From Calcarisporiella thermophila CBS 279.70 (lineage: Eukaryota; Fungi; Calcarisporiellomycota), in the NCBI RefSeq assembly GCF_041956535.1, contig NW_027192192.1, forward strand, positions 933,796 to 997,795: a DNA stretch of 64,000 nt, in the 5' to 3' direction. Shown piece by piece: positions 25,371-37,426 of this stretch. Made by a program: the position numbers and the translations under genes. The notes below the pieces were generated by a model. It was not told where the DNA came from, ran no database searches, and worked only from the letters and a program-made list of their open reading frames with translations. The first letter of the stretch is position 1; each line of letters begins with the position of its first letter.

Positions 25371-27317
25371 CTAGAGTGTATCGCTCTCGCGCCCTTTCAG
25401 TATTAAGGTAGGGGGGACATTTGCACATTCAGTAACATGGTTACATCCAAATACCCAGCATTGGGTCAGATCTCTACAGCCCTCTACTAGTGCGTTGATG
25501 AAGTAATCGTCTACACTTTGCACGAAGCTGGCATCGAGGCTTTGTAAGCGGTGACATTTTGCGGTAATTTCGGCAAGTGCATCCGCGCTTAAATCCAGTG
25601 AGTTGATGGATAGATATCGTAAATGGGGAGCGGCAGGGCTATTGGTGAAGGCGGAGATCACACTATCATTTAGGTCGTAGCATCTCCCTATATCCAAGTG
25701 CAGTAGGCCATTGGTCGAAGCCCATTGTGTGAAGAGCTCCACCATGGATTCGGGTTTGATAGCGAGTTCCGCAAGCACCAATTTCTCCAGTCGTGTGCAC
25801 TGAGTCAGTCCTTTGCTCACCAAGTCGTCTCCTACTTCCACACATCTAGCCAAATTCAACTCCTTCAATTGATGCCCGACGTTATTCAGTATTTCTACAA
25901 GGGGAGCGGCAGTTACGGTTTTCCGAGGATCCGAGATCTCTAGCACCTCAAGTTTCTGTAGTGGGAGCAGCAGCTGTAAACATTCATCATCGATTTGGTC
26001 GCATTGTGATAGACGAAGCTCGCGTAGATTGGGGCAGTGTTCGACCAACGAGTTTAAGCAGGCTACATCTAGACGTTGCGCGTGTTTGACGGCAAAAACT
26101 TCGAGGCGAGAGGCAACTGAAGAGAAAAGGTTGATGAAGCCATCTGGGCGAATAAGGTAACACCCGCTCAGGCTTATTTCTCGGAGGTTGGAGAGATGAG
26201 TGCCGTATTTAGTTAAAACTTCGCTTGTCATACGCCCACACATTTGAAGATTTAGTTTTTCAAGAAGGGGGCAGAATTGCGCCAGATTAATTAGACGTTC
26301 AGAGTCAAGATCTGTGGGAAGAATAAATAAAGGGTAAAGATTAACAACGGAGGGCATGACCGTCGGAAAAAGAAAGAATATACTTGTGCAATCATAGAGC
26401 TTCAACTCCGTCAGAAGTGGGTCCAAGAAAAGTAATACAGTTTGCTCGTCTAGCTGGCGCAATCGACAGATAATTTTGCAAATCTTGTCAAGATTTTTGG
26501 TCCCAATATCTCCAAAAGCCTCAATACGATCAATGTTGGCAGCTATAACCTAAAGAGTTTGACCAATCGTCAAATTTAATGGAATAGGACATACTAGGTG
26601 CATATCAGGACAGATTACTCTAATACATATGTTCTGCAATGAGGGAACTGTGCGGTCTTCTTCCGCGTCCATCGCGCCTGAAGTTTTCTTTTTACGAGGA
26701 GGGCGCTTTGTTGTTACGGTACCACCAGCTGCACAAGTCGGGCACAAGATTTTCTTCTCATTATTTTGAGCCAAAGCTTGTTTTAATATGAAGTGTCGAC
26801 GGCATTTTGAGCATATCTCAACTCTTGAGCCCGTCTTTCGAGATTGACGATAGGCAGAGTTATTGCCTACGTATTCATCATCGCTATCTTGGTCGTCGTC
26901 CTTTTTCTTTCGTTTTTGATTCTTTTTCTGTTTGGTTGAAGTGCTTTCATCCAAAGAATTAGAAGTTGTTCCTGCTCTTCTCCTACGTGAGTTAGACGAG
27001 GAGGAGGAAGGCTCAGCGTGCGTTGAATCATCAGCTATATTTATTCTTCTTAAGCGTGCGCTTGTCCGGCGTCCTGATGATGAGGATGTTTCCTCAGTAA
27101 TGTTGTTGTTTGATGCAACGGTTTCATCGGAAGATTCGGTTTCGACGCCGCCATTTTCAGGCTCAGGGGATGACTCTCCATTATCACGGGTAACAGGCTC
27201 GGCTTGATTCTGCTCCTCTCGATTTTCTTGGTTGCGGCGACTGAGATTTCTGGGGGTGATCCCGCGCTCTCTTAGAAAGGAGGTCAGCGCGGAGGTAGGC
27301 CCGCGTACTCGATTCAT
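25371..27317 (-). CDS. RAD7: DNA repair protein Rad7 (LRR; global-genome NER), 3 exons
   Basis: N-terminal RVRGPTSALTSFLRERGI, CxxC...CxxC zinc knuckle, VPSLQNICIRVI (BC-box-like), IEAFGDIG...ICKIICR and LKLYDCT, followed by AMN1-type LRRs ending WVFGCN. Confidence 0.92.
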
Positions 27318-27609
27318 TCTCGGTGGGCAGAGAACGAGGGTAAATTCGTTCTATTTGATCAAATTCCTTGTGACTGTCTACGGCAGAATTTGTCAATTAA
27401 GGTCAAATTAGAATCGAAATGGATGAGTCATGGCATCTAATGAGGCCTTTATTGACCAATTAATTACAGAAACCTTAGTCGACTTAGCGGAGATCGAAAA
27501 AATTTTAAACATTTCGACTATTTTCTTTTTCTTTGGACTCTTTCTAGACCTGAGAGCTCGAGAGCGCTGTGTCCATACTAGCACCCTTCTACTTACCAGA
27601 CCGCAAAGG
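27318..27609. promoter_or_regulatory. Putative bidirectional promoter shared by RAD7 and RAD16
   Basis: 292 bp between the divergent ATGs (27317 on - and 27610 on +). Confidence 0.6.
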
Positions 27610-30600
27610 ATGACAGCCAGACGGCGTAGCTCTCGACTTTCCTCCAAATCCACAGCTGGTTGCGTAGAGTCGACCGAGACTGATCAGCTCGAGAACGGCA
27701 GCACCAGAAGCGGCAGTAGCAAAAACAGCAGCAGCAGCAGAAATAGTAAAGGTAAAGAGCGGCAGCAAACCACAGCCAACGAGGACGAGAGCGAGTTTGA
27801 CAGCCTTGACGACTTTCAAACATCACCGAAGCGTAAATCTCCATCCACGCGTAAAGCGGTTACTCGGAGTCAGAAGCGAGCACGCACTACAAAGAAGAAA
27901 GCAGACTCTGACGACAGTAGTGAATGGGTACCTGAAAAGTCAGATGAGGATGTCGAAGATGAAGGTTCGGAGTCGGATTTACCCGAGCAAACACCAGTCA
28001 TATCGTCTCGCACTAGGTCAAAGAGACTATCCACCACCCTTTCTTTGAATGAATTCACATCTGCTCGTACAATATTGGAAAGCGAAAGCAGTTCTATCAC
28101 CACGTCCGAGTCCTCTATTGGTTTAAGCACTTCATTGTCATCTCTGGTAACGACCCCCGCCACAACTGTGACTGGCACTACCGATTTTGCGGAAAGTTTG
28201 AGCGCGGGAGAAGAGGTTTTTGAGGCTGTTAGTGAGGAGGATTCCGATTCAACTGGGAGACAGCGAAGAAGACGACGCCAATCTGGTCGCAGATCGAGAG
28301 GTCGTCAAGGGCGTGAGGAGGATGAAACCGACCACTATACCCGTGTGGGCAAAAAACTGATGAGCCACCACAAGGAATTAACCGACGTCTGGGGTGATTT
28401 AGATAAGCGTAACCGGCCGATACCTGTCGACAACGAAGTGCAGCCTGATGGATTGACAGCTATTAATCTGCTCCCCTTCCAGCGTGAGGGTCTCTCTTGG
28501 TTACAGAAGCAAGAAGAGAGCGAATTTGCTGGCGGAATTCTCGCAGATGAAATGGTAGCCTGAGAGCACTTGATCTAATGATGCATTTTTTTTAGTCATT
28601 GACGCAACTCTCATTCTAGGGGATGGGCAAGACTATCCAGATGATTTCGCTATTAGTCAGTGAACCACGGAAGAAACCTAACCTGATTGTTGCTCCGGCA
28701 GTCGCCATCCTGCAGTGGAAGAACGAGATCAACAAATTTTCAAATCTTAATGTGTGTGTGTGGCACGGTTCACAGCGAATAATGGATCCCCGCGAGTTGA
28801 AGCAGTTTGACGTTGTACTCACTACCTATTCAATTGTAGAGAGTATGTTCCGCAAGGAGATGTACGGATTCCGGCGCAAGGAAGGAATGGTGAAAGAGGA
28901 CTCGCTGTTACACAAGCTATTTTGGCACCGTATTGTACTAGACGAGGCTCACAATATCAAGGATAGAAGCTGTAATACTGCGCGAGCTGTGGTGAGATTC
29001 CATAATATTTTATAAGGTTATATAATCTATGACTGAGCTTGTCTATTCCGTAACTGGTTGCAGTTTGCGCTTGAATCGACTTATAAATGGTGCTTGACCG
29101 GCACACCTCTTCAAAACCGCATTGGGGAGCTGTTCTCGCTTTTACGCTTTATGAAAATCGATCCCTTTGCGTACTACTTTTGCAAACAATGCCCTTGCAA
29201 GATGCTGCACTGGCGGTTTGAAAATGGACAGTGCATCGGCTGTGGTCATAGGAACATGAGCCACGTTTGCTACTGGAACAATGAGATTTTAAAACCAATC
29301 CAGGCTTTTGGAGCCGTCGGTGTTGGTGAACAAGCATATCTTAAGCTGCGGAAACTGCTTGATCATATCATGCTGAGAAGGACTAAAGTGGAGCGAGCGG
29401 ATGACCTGGGACTTCCTCCCCGCATTGTTGTGGTGAGAAAGGACAGATTTACTGAAGAGGTTTCATTTCCTCGTTTACTATTGAATGTTGCCGGATGGGA
29501 GGCTGACCTATCTTCTGCCTTTGATTGCGCTACATAGGAGGAGGATATCTACGATTCTCTCTACTCGGATACTAAGCGCAAATTCACCACCTATGTCGAT
29601 CAAGGGACACTTTTGAATAACTATGCAAACAGTAAGCTCATAGATCCTTAATTCGTGACCTCGCGACATCTAACTCATTCCACTAGTTTTTCAACTTCTC
29701 ACTCGGATGCGCTTAATGTCCGACCACCCGTGCCTAGTGCTCAATCGCGAGACACCTGCTAGCGGCCACAATACACTTGTCTGCAATATCTGTTTTGAAG
29801 TGGCCGAGGATCCCATCCTCTCACGATGCCGCTGCCTCTTCTGCCGTCAATGCGTCGAGATGTATGTGAACGGATTTGTGGGCAATGAGCCTGAATGCCC
29901 CGGGTGTCACAAGCTACTCATCATTGACTTCTCGCAGCCGACCTATGAGCTCCCTACTACTGAAGTTTCGAAGTCGGAGCGCGCGCGTCTTTCGATTGTC
30001 AACCGCATTAACATGGAGCAGTGGCGCTCGTCAACAAAAATCGAGGCACTGCTGGAGGAGCTGACGCTGCTCCGTGACTCCGACCAGACGATTAAGAGCA
30101 TCGTGTTCTCCCAATTTGTCAACTTTTTGGACCTGATCCATTGGCGACTTCGCCGGGCGGGATTCAAGTGTGTAAAATTGGATGGTGGCATGTCGCCCCA
30201 ACAACGAGATGCCGTCATTCGCCACTTTATGACCGACCCGGAGACAACCGTCTTTCTGGTCAGTTTAAAGGCGGGTGGTGTGGCCCTCAATCTTACGGAG
30301 GCGAGTCAGGTATTCATGATGGATCCCTGGTGGAATCCCGCTGCCGAGTACCAGGTAAATTAGCCGCTACATGAATGGGACCCTCTTGATCGTGCTCACC
30401 CCTCGTCTCGCATAGGCTTATGATCGAGTCCATCGACTTGGTCAGCACCGTCCAATCAAAATCACACGCTTTATGATAGAGAACTCTCTGGAAAGCCGTA
30501 TCATCGAGCTGCAAGAGAAAAAATTGGCCATGATGGAGAGCACCATTGGCAAGGACGATAAAGCATTAGCCAGGCTAAGTGAGGAAGATATGCGCTTTTT

Positions 30601-30613
30601 GTTCTCCCTCTAA
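27610..30613 (+). CDS. RAD16: DNA repair protein Rad16 (SNF2 ATPase with RING), 6 exons
   Basis: [21 protein letters not shown] (spliced across 28555-28619), [18 protein letters not shown], the Rad16-type Cys/His insert YYFCKQCPC...CIGCGH...[24 protein letters not shown], a [29 protein letters not shown] and DRVHRLGQ. Confidence 0.95.
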
Positions 30614-31071
30614 AAATTCCCAGCTTCGTATACAAATATCTCCCTGCATGTACTTCCTTAACTTTTATGTGTTAATATAATTCATCCTGAAAGCAATCTG
30701 TGCTTGCCCCCATATCTGGCACGGTGAATCTTTGAAGATGACGGCGCTAATGGGCTTGGGCGAGCGCCGGATACAAAGGCTGGGCAGCCATCGTAAGCCA
30801 ATTGAGCTGCTGCCCTTAAAAATACCCTGCTTTATTGGGCGTTTGCTCTAATACTATCTAGCTAATATGGAGGCAGCTGGTGGGGCCTAGTTTTGGGGTT
30901 GAGACTTCTGTCAGAAGGGAGCCTTGGGACAAAAGGCACTAGAGATCCGCTGGTCTCCTTCACCTCTGTCCAATATAGTTGGGTTTTCATTATGTCAAAA
31001 TTTGGGTCGCGTTCCCCTATCTATTTCTCCCCAGTCACGCTAACTTGAGCTTGAAGGCCGATCCAAACACC

Positions 31072-32258
31072 ATGATAGCGGGCTTTGGGCTTCCCCTCCT
31101 CTACACCCCCCGCAAGCGGGCCTTTCCCCCGGACGATCCTTTCTTCGATGCAGGCAACATCGAATCACGGGCCCAATGGCTCAGCAAACACCATCTCACC
31201 CCCCCCGGCTCTTCGCAATCGCCCCCCATGCCCGACTCGGACCTTATGCAGCTCGTCGATGAACTCACGGACACCTCCATCCTCTGCACCCTCTCTCCAC
31301 GTTGCGATTCGAGCCCAACGCGATGCGGCTCGCTGCCCGCGTACGAAATGCACTACAACATGTATCACCGGCATGTGTGCCTTGAGTGCAGCAAATCATT
31401 TCCCACCGCGCGGTGGTTGAGCCTCCACCTTGTGGAGAATCACGACACGTTTGCAAAGGTGCGGCAGGAGAGGGGCGAGAAAATCGTAAGTAGATACCCT
31501 GTGCCTGATTCCCTCATGCTCCTGTTCTTATACATATCGCAAGGCAAGAGAGGGGCGCTCCCGCCGTTCGATGCTAACCTTTGGATCCTTGCGAATTAGT
31601 TCGAGTGCTTTGTGGAAAGCTGCACCAAGTTTTTCTCCACGCCCAAGATGCGGCGATTGCATCTTATTGACAAGCATCATTACCCCAAGAACTTCTTCTA
31701 TGGCATGGTCATACACGGATTGGAGCCGGAGCAGTGGGCGCGATCAGGGCGCGGAAGGTGCCCAAAGAAGGGTCAGAAGACAAGGTACAGAGGTAGCTTC
31801 ACATTTGCATAGCCACTGTTTTTTTATTGTTGTTTTGTGTGTTTAGAAGAAAAGAAGAAGGCGTGGCTATGGAAGTGACACCTGCGACGGATGTGCAGGA
31901 CGAGCACAAAGCGACGGTATCTGGTAAAGCCACGGGAAAAAAGACAGGACGTCGGAAAGGAAAAGAGGCAGGGAAGCACAAGAACGGGTACGTTGACGTC
32001 TTTTATTCTATTTTGAATCCTTGTCCTCACTGTTGGTTCACACATAGAACTGAGCACGACATGGCCATCGACATGGCCCTTTCGACCAACTCGAATCTCT
32101 CCAAGACGGAAGGAGAGGCGGAGAAGCCGGATATCGAGATGGAGGTGGATGCGCTCGCCGACTCCATGTCCCGACTCCGTGTCCCCACGAGCATCAGCTT
32201 CGGGCGAGGAGGGGGAGGGCGGCAGCGCATGTTTTTCTCACGGCCGCCGGAAAGATGA
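31072..32258 (+). CDS. C2H2 zinc finger protein, ZNF511-like, 4 exons
   Basis: RKRAFPPDDPFF, YEMHYNMYHRHVCLECSKSFP...LSLHLVENHD, FECFVESCTKFF...RRLHLIDKHHYP and C-terminal VPTSISFGRG. Confidence 0.85.
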
Positions 32259-32524
32259 GAGTTTCTACCCATCCCTTAGATGCTTACTTAGTACTAATAA
32301 TACCATGTGTGAATGCACTTTATAAAAATCGAATCATCCATACAGCGCGAGAAAAAAAAAACAAAGGGGCACCCTCCAAGGGGGCATTTTTGACCAAAGA
32401 GGGCGATCAACGCATTGCATCTCTTCAGCACCCATCATGAATTATCAAAGAAATATTAACAATGAATACAATTAAGAACATAAGTGTCCATCCACTCTCT
32501 CCTGCTCCCTAGGGCTATACAAAA

Positions 32525-33808
32525 TTAGTGCCAAACTCTAAAGAAGCAGCCGTCGTCCTCGTCCTCGTGCGAGCTCCCGGTATAGGTCGCGGCGGAGAAG
32601 CTGCCAAACATCGACTCGTCTTCATCATCCGTTAGATCGCTTCTCGGGTGGTAGTAGGCGTAGAGGAGCCCGCGGTCCCGCATCGCGTTCAAGTCGGTTC
32701 CCGCGAAATAGAGAGCGTCTTCCTCCTGACCCCTTTCGCACAGAAACTGGAGATTCAGGGCCTCCACCGCGGTTGGACGGTGGGCGGGGTTATCGTCGAG
32801 CAGCTTCAAAAGCAGCTCGGCCGCGTGATACACCGAGCCAGGATAGAAGTCATTAAGATTGGCTCGGTCGGCGAGAAACTCGCGAAGGCGCTCACGGCAT
32901 ATGCGGGCGACCCATCCGGGGCGCTCGATTTTTGCCCCGAGGAGATGCAGCTGGCAGGTGACAAGATGGGGGGCCAGCGCCTGCCCAAAGATAGCTCCCA
33001 GGGAATACATATCTGCCCGTTGCCACCACTGCCTTGTACTCCCCAGCTTTTTTCCATCCGTTAGCACTGCGGAAGAGAGCTCAGGGGCCAAGTATCCGGC
33101 CGTTCCGCAGCACTCTACGACCTTATCTTCCTCTTCGTCCTCGTCCTCGTCCTCGTCCTCCTCCCCCACCACCACTCCCTCCTCCTCGCCTCTCGCGCTC
33201 ATCTCCACTGCTGCTCCATCCTTAACGCTGGCGGCCAAACCGAAATCAATGAGTACTGCACGGCCACTCTCCGGGTCCTTCATTAGGTTTCCAGGGGTCA
33301 CGTCTCTATGGGCTACGTGCGCTGCATGCACTGCAGCCAGCCCTCGAGTCACATCCCGCATCCACCTACAAATTTCGCTCAAGTCCTTGGGCAATGTGGG
33401 GTGGAGCGGCTCTAGCCTTGGGAGGACCAGGGTGCCCCTCCAGGCCTCTAACACGCGCACAACATAAGGGCTTGATATCTTGAGGACGTGGTGTAACTCA
33501 CGTGTATAGTGCGATGCATAACGCGGGGTCTTGAGAACCACCGGCAGAGCATCATGGGTTCGCTGAGCAAAGACGATGGTGGCCAGGGGAGTCTCAAGCG
33601 GGGGAATAGCGCTGTCAAGGGTATAGGTTGCGGTGAGAGAAGACCAATGGTTCTGGTGTGATGGTTGGCTGCATGTCGGCGGGGAGAGGGTAGGAATGGT
33701 GGCGGGCGCGGGCGGCGCGGGGGCCTCGTTACCCCCATCCCCTACCACAGTGCATACAGAGACGGAGGCACTGGTGGCGACAGCAGCAGGGTGCTTAGTG
33801 GTGGTCAT
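32525..33808 (-). CDS. Divergent Ser/Thr protein kinase, intronless
   Basis: VVLK, HRDVTPGN, DFG, CGTAGYLAPE, DMYSLG and HRPT motifs. The first ATG is at 33808. Confidence 0.85.
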   Translation of the reverse strand: MTTTKHPAAVATSASVSVCTVVGDGGNEAPAPPAPATIPTLSPPTCSQPSHQNHWSSLTATYTLDSAIPPLETPLATIVFAQRTHDALPVVLKTPRYASHYTRELHHVLKISSPYVVRVLEAWRGTLVLPRLEPLHPTLPKDLSEICRWMRDVTRGLAAVHAAHVAHRDVTPGNLMKDPESGRAVLIDFGLAASVKDGAAVEMSARGEEEGVVVGEEDEDEDEDEEEDKVVECCGTAGYLAPELSSAVLTDGKKLGSTRQWWQRADMYSLGAIFGQALAPHLVTCQLHLLGAKIERPGWVARICRERLREFLADRANLNDFYPGSVYHAAELLLKLLDDNPAHRPTAVEALNLQFLCERGQEEDALYFAGTDLNAMRDRGLLYAYYHPRSDLTDDEDESMFGSFSAATYTGSSHEDEDDGCFFRVWH

Positions 33809-34295
33809 TGGAGCCTTGACCCCCAAGTCTTTGGAATGGGAGAAGGAAGGGGGGGGAAGGGAAACCAGGGGGAGAGGGGGCCTTCAACCTTCATTATGCG
33901 ATATTGAAATTTTTGTGGAGATAAGATAAAGGAGGGGCAGAGGGAGGAACTTCCGATATCGGCTACGCATGTGACTCGGCACCGGCCATTCGAAGAGATC
34001 TTTCCCAAACCGTGCCGGTCCAGGCAGATGGATGTTTTTGTTTAGGGATTTTTATTTCTCCTTAAAGGAGGAACGAAGTATAAAAAAAGGCGATGGGATG
34101 GAAGGGGATTAAAAAAGGTAAATTCAAGGGCCAAAAAAAGTTTCTACAGTAAAGAAGTCATAAAGACAAGTAATGTGGTGGGGGAGGGGAGGGGAGAAGA
34201 AAAGCTCTATATTCATGAAAGAAGCGAAACAGTGGAAAATAAATAAATAAGAATCTCAAATAAATAGGAAAAAAAAATGAAGATAAGGCTATAAA

Positions 34296-35904
34296 TTAAT
34301 GATCATGATATTGTTCATATCCTTGGTACATCTCACCATATCCGTTGTCCTGTGGGTGAAATGAATGGCCGGAGTGGAGCTGAATTGGGGGGAGAAACGG
34401 AGGTTCCTGCTGCTGCTGCTGGTGCTGCTGCTGGTGTTGTTGTTGCTGTTGGTGAGGGTGATGGGGTTGCTGCTGGTGCTGGTGCTGGTGCTGCTGATGG
34501 TGCTGAGGGGGTTGCTGCTGCGTCTGCCGCGGGGAGCTGCGGTTTTGCACCGCCGATAAACTGGGGTTGTTGACGGAAGATGGGTGGGGCTGCGACGCCA
34601 TCCCTAAGGGAGAGGGCTGTGCCTTATTCATGGACGGTCGGGGGGATTGGACGGTCGGGGTTCCGTTTCGAGAGGTGGCCGAGGGGGAGGGGAACGAGTA
34701 GGGGTAGGGATGAAACTCGTTATACTCGCGCGAGTATTGCTGGGGCTGCTGGGGTTGCGGGTGGTGCTGGAGGTGCTTTTGCTGGTGTTGCTGCAACTGC
34801 TGCTGCTGCTGCTGGGGCGAGGGCCTGTCCTCATGTAGCACCGCGCTGCAGAGCTGCGACAGAATCGAAAGCTTTGCCCCCTCTTGCTCCTGGTCATTGC
34901 CCTGGTTGGCCCGTTGGGACGAGTGCCCGCTCTGCGGCTGGGGATGTGCGGTGTCCCCGTTGTGCTGCGGTAGGATGGGCGATGCGCCTTGGTGGGCTTG
35001 GCCTTGGTGGACGGGGGACGCGGCCCACGGGGAGTTGGGCGTGGTGTGTTGCGGGGTGGAGTGCTGCGGAGTGTCTGGGGCGTACATGGCGAGCGGCTGC
35101 CCATACACTTCCTGGTGCAGCGCGGGGGTATGGTTGTTGTGGTACCCGTAGCCGTATGCGGCGGCAGCGGCAGCAGCAGACGCCGAGTCGAGGGCCGAGG
35201 CGGCGTCGTAAGCTCCAGCGTGAGGGTTGAAGTGGGGGGCGGAGCTGGAGAGCGAGGGGAGAGCCCCATTTGGAACCATCCCGGCGGCATTTTCTACGGG
35301 AAATCAAAGATAAACAAACAAGCGAAGAGGGTGAGCTCCTTCAGATTGCTTCAAAACATCTTCCAACGCAGGACATACGATCGTCGCCGTTAGGCTGCCC
35401 CGGCTGATTGAGTTGTTTCCGGCGCTTGTAGGGCCCACGCTTGATTCCCTTCTTACGCGGCTTCCGGGGGGAGTCCACGCAGGTTGCAGTCAGGCCGTGC
35501 TTGATACACCGTTGGCACGGGCGGCCGTCGTCGCATTTCTTGCAAGCTTTTTGACAGTTTACTGCGGGATCAAAACAAACAAATCATTAGTCATGGATGC
35601 GGGATGGTCTCGGTATAAACAGGGGGTTACCGCAAGCGTTCTTGACTTGATGGCGTTTGGGCCGCTGTGCCAATGCATTCATGGGCGTTCCCTGCGGTGT
35701 TGGGAGGAAAGGGAATTGAGAATGTGCGAACTGTTGCGATTGCTGATTCTGGGCGGATTGGTGGTGCATTGCGGCGGGCGAGTAGGAGTCATGGATCACC
35801 ATCGTAGGCTGCCCAAGCGATGGCAGCGGCAGGTTGAGAGCAGAGTTGAGGTTGGCGGTGGAGGCCGAGGAAACCGAGATTCTGTCCTGGTGCTGTTGCG
35901 ACAT
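34296..35904 (-). CDS. Zn(II)2Cys6 transcription factor with Gln/His-rich C-terminus, 3 coding exons
   Basis: Spliced sequence [59 protein letters not shown]. The last exon corresponds to ORF 34296-35279. Confidence 0.9.
34405..34520 (-). repeat. Coding CAG/CAC (polyQ/H) repeat
   Basis: Encodes [38 protein letters not shown]. Confidence 0.75.
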
Positions 35905-37426
35905 GGGGGGGTAGGAGTGCGGAGGGAGCCGTCATTCCGTTGGAGGGATACATGAAAGAGGAGGGGGCTCAATGAGCATCGACCAGCACTTGAGGGATGG
36001 GGAGGGAGAGAGAGGAGTGTTTTAGCACATGGGGAGAGGTTCTGAGATTCGGCGGGAAGATTAAACTATTTACCTAAAGGATATTTACTCTGAGATCTAA
36101 ATTGCTCCTGAAGCAATCAATGAGCCACACAAAGCCGCTCGCGGGGGGGGAGGGAGAGAGAGAGAGAGAGATCGCACGGAGGAGGCGCAGGGGGAGAGAC
36201 CGTCTGGTAGCAGAGGAGAGATACAGCGGGAGGGCGAGGTGGGATTAGGGCGCAATGCCGATGCAAACAAAAGCTGATGCACTTCCGAGGATGACCGATG
36301 AGGAATAGGAAAGCGGAAAGCGGAAGAAAATAGAAAATACAAGCAAAATAACATTTTTTTATTTTGACAGCCTAGAAGGAAACGCGGGCCTGGGATTGGC
36401 GCGGAAGTCAATGAAGGAAAAATAGAGAATAAAGGGTTTATTTTTTATCCTAACTCGATGCCTCGAATCGAATCAGTCCTTTCGCCCTCTGGAACCTAGC
36501 CAAATATGCTAACCTGGCCGGTGCAGAGCAAATAAGGGGTTGGCGGGCCGAGCGAATCGCCTCGTCCCGAGCACTATTGCGCCTTAGTGAGGTTTGCGAG
36601 AGGGGGAGGCGATGAGTGGTTGCGCCTCCCTACGGCAGCAATGGGATGATGATGCCGTTCCGGCGACCTTCCCCTTCCCGCTGCGCTCGGCAATGACGGA
36701 GGAACGAAAACGTCAGCTCATGCCCGCAGCGCAGGGCGCAGCTGAACCCTCTTTTCGGCGAGCCGGCCCAAGCCCCAGTGGAGAGAGGGCTCGCCCTCGC
36801 CTGGCCCCAACAGGGCTCCCCGCCGCTCCCAACTGGTTTGGGCAAATTCCTTGCGGCCCACCCTAAGGCTTCGATCCTTTTCCTTGTTTTCTTTTTATTG
36901 TCGCCCCCATTGGACGGCGCCAGATTAATGTTTGAAGAGGAAAAGCCTGTTCTCTCCTAATCATTCTTCAGACATTCAGCGGCCTTGCCTGTAATTTCGC
37001 AAACAACAATGGGCCGCCCATATTTGTCTAAATGAAAAATGCTTCATCTCCTCATCTCTTTTCAAAGAACACGTTGATATCTTTGTGCAAACAACAACTA
37101 CCAACACCTAAAAACAAACTGGATCTCTTTTCCCCTGCTTCCCTCCCCCCTCCCGCACCCCTTCTCCTTTCCCCCTAGGCGCTCTGGATGCTAGCTTAGT
37201 TTCATCCGCCAGTTTGAAACGACCCAACTGCTCATTCCTACAAGGAAAGGAATTCTCATCGCCATCATCCCCCTCCCTCAGTTCCCTTCCCTCTCCCTTA
37301 CCTGTATTAAATATTGCCAGCTCCCCCCCCCCCGCCGTCTTCTCACTCCATCCCTGCTTGATTCTCTTTTTTGTCTCCATCGCAATTCCTCTCATTCGAT
37401 AACGTTCTCCCTCCCCCCCCCGGGCC

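Noticed and set aside
27430-27609. In-frame upstream ATG extending Rad16 by 60 aa
   Set aside because: The extension is AT-rich with a poly-T tract and lies in the shared promoter only 112 bp from the RAD7 ATG. The ATG at 27610 is more plausible.
34352-35955. Numerous overlapping ORFs on both strands
   Set aside because: These are shadow frames of the GC-rich, CAG-repeat Zn2Cys6 gene.
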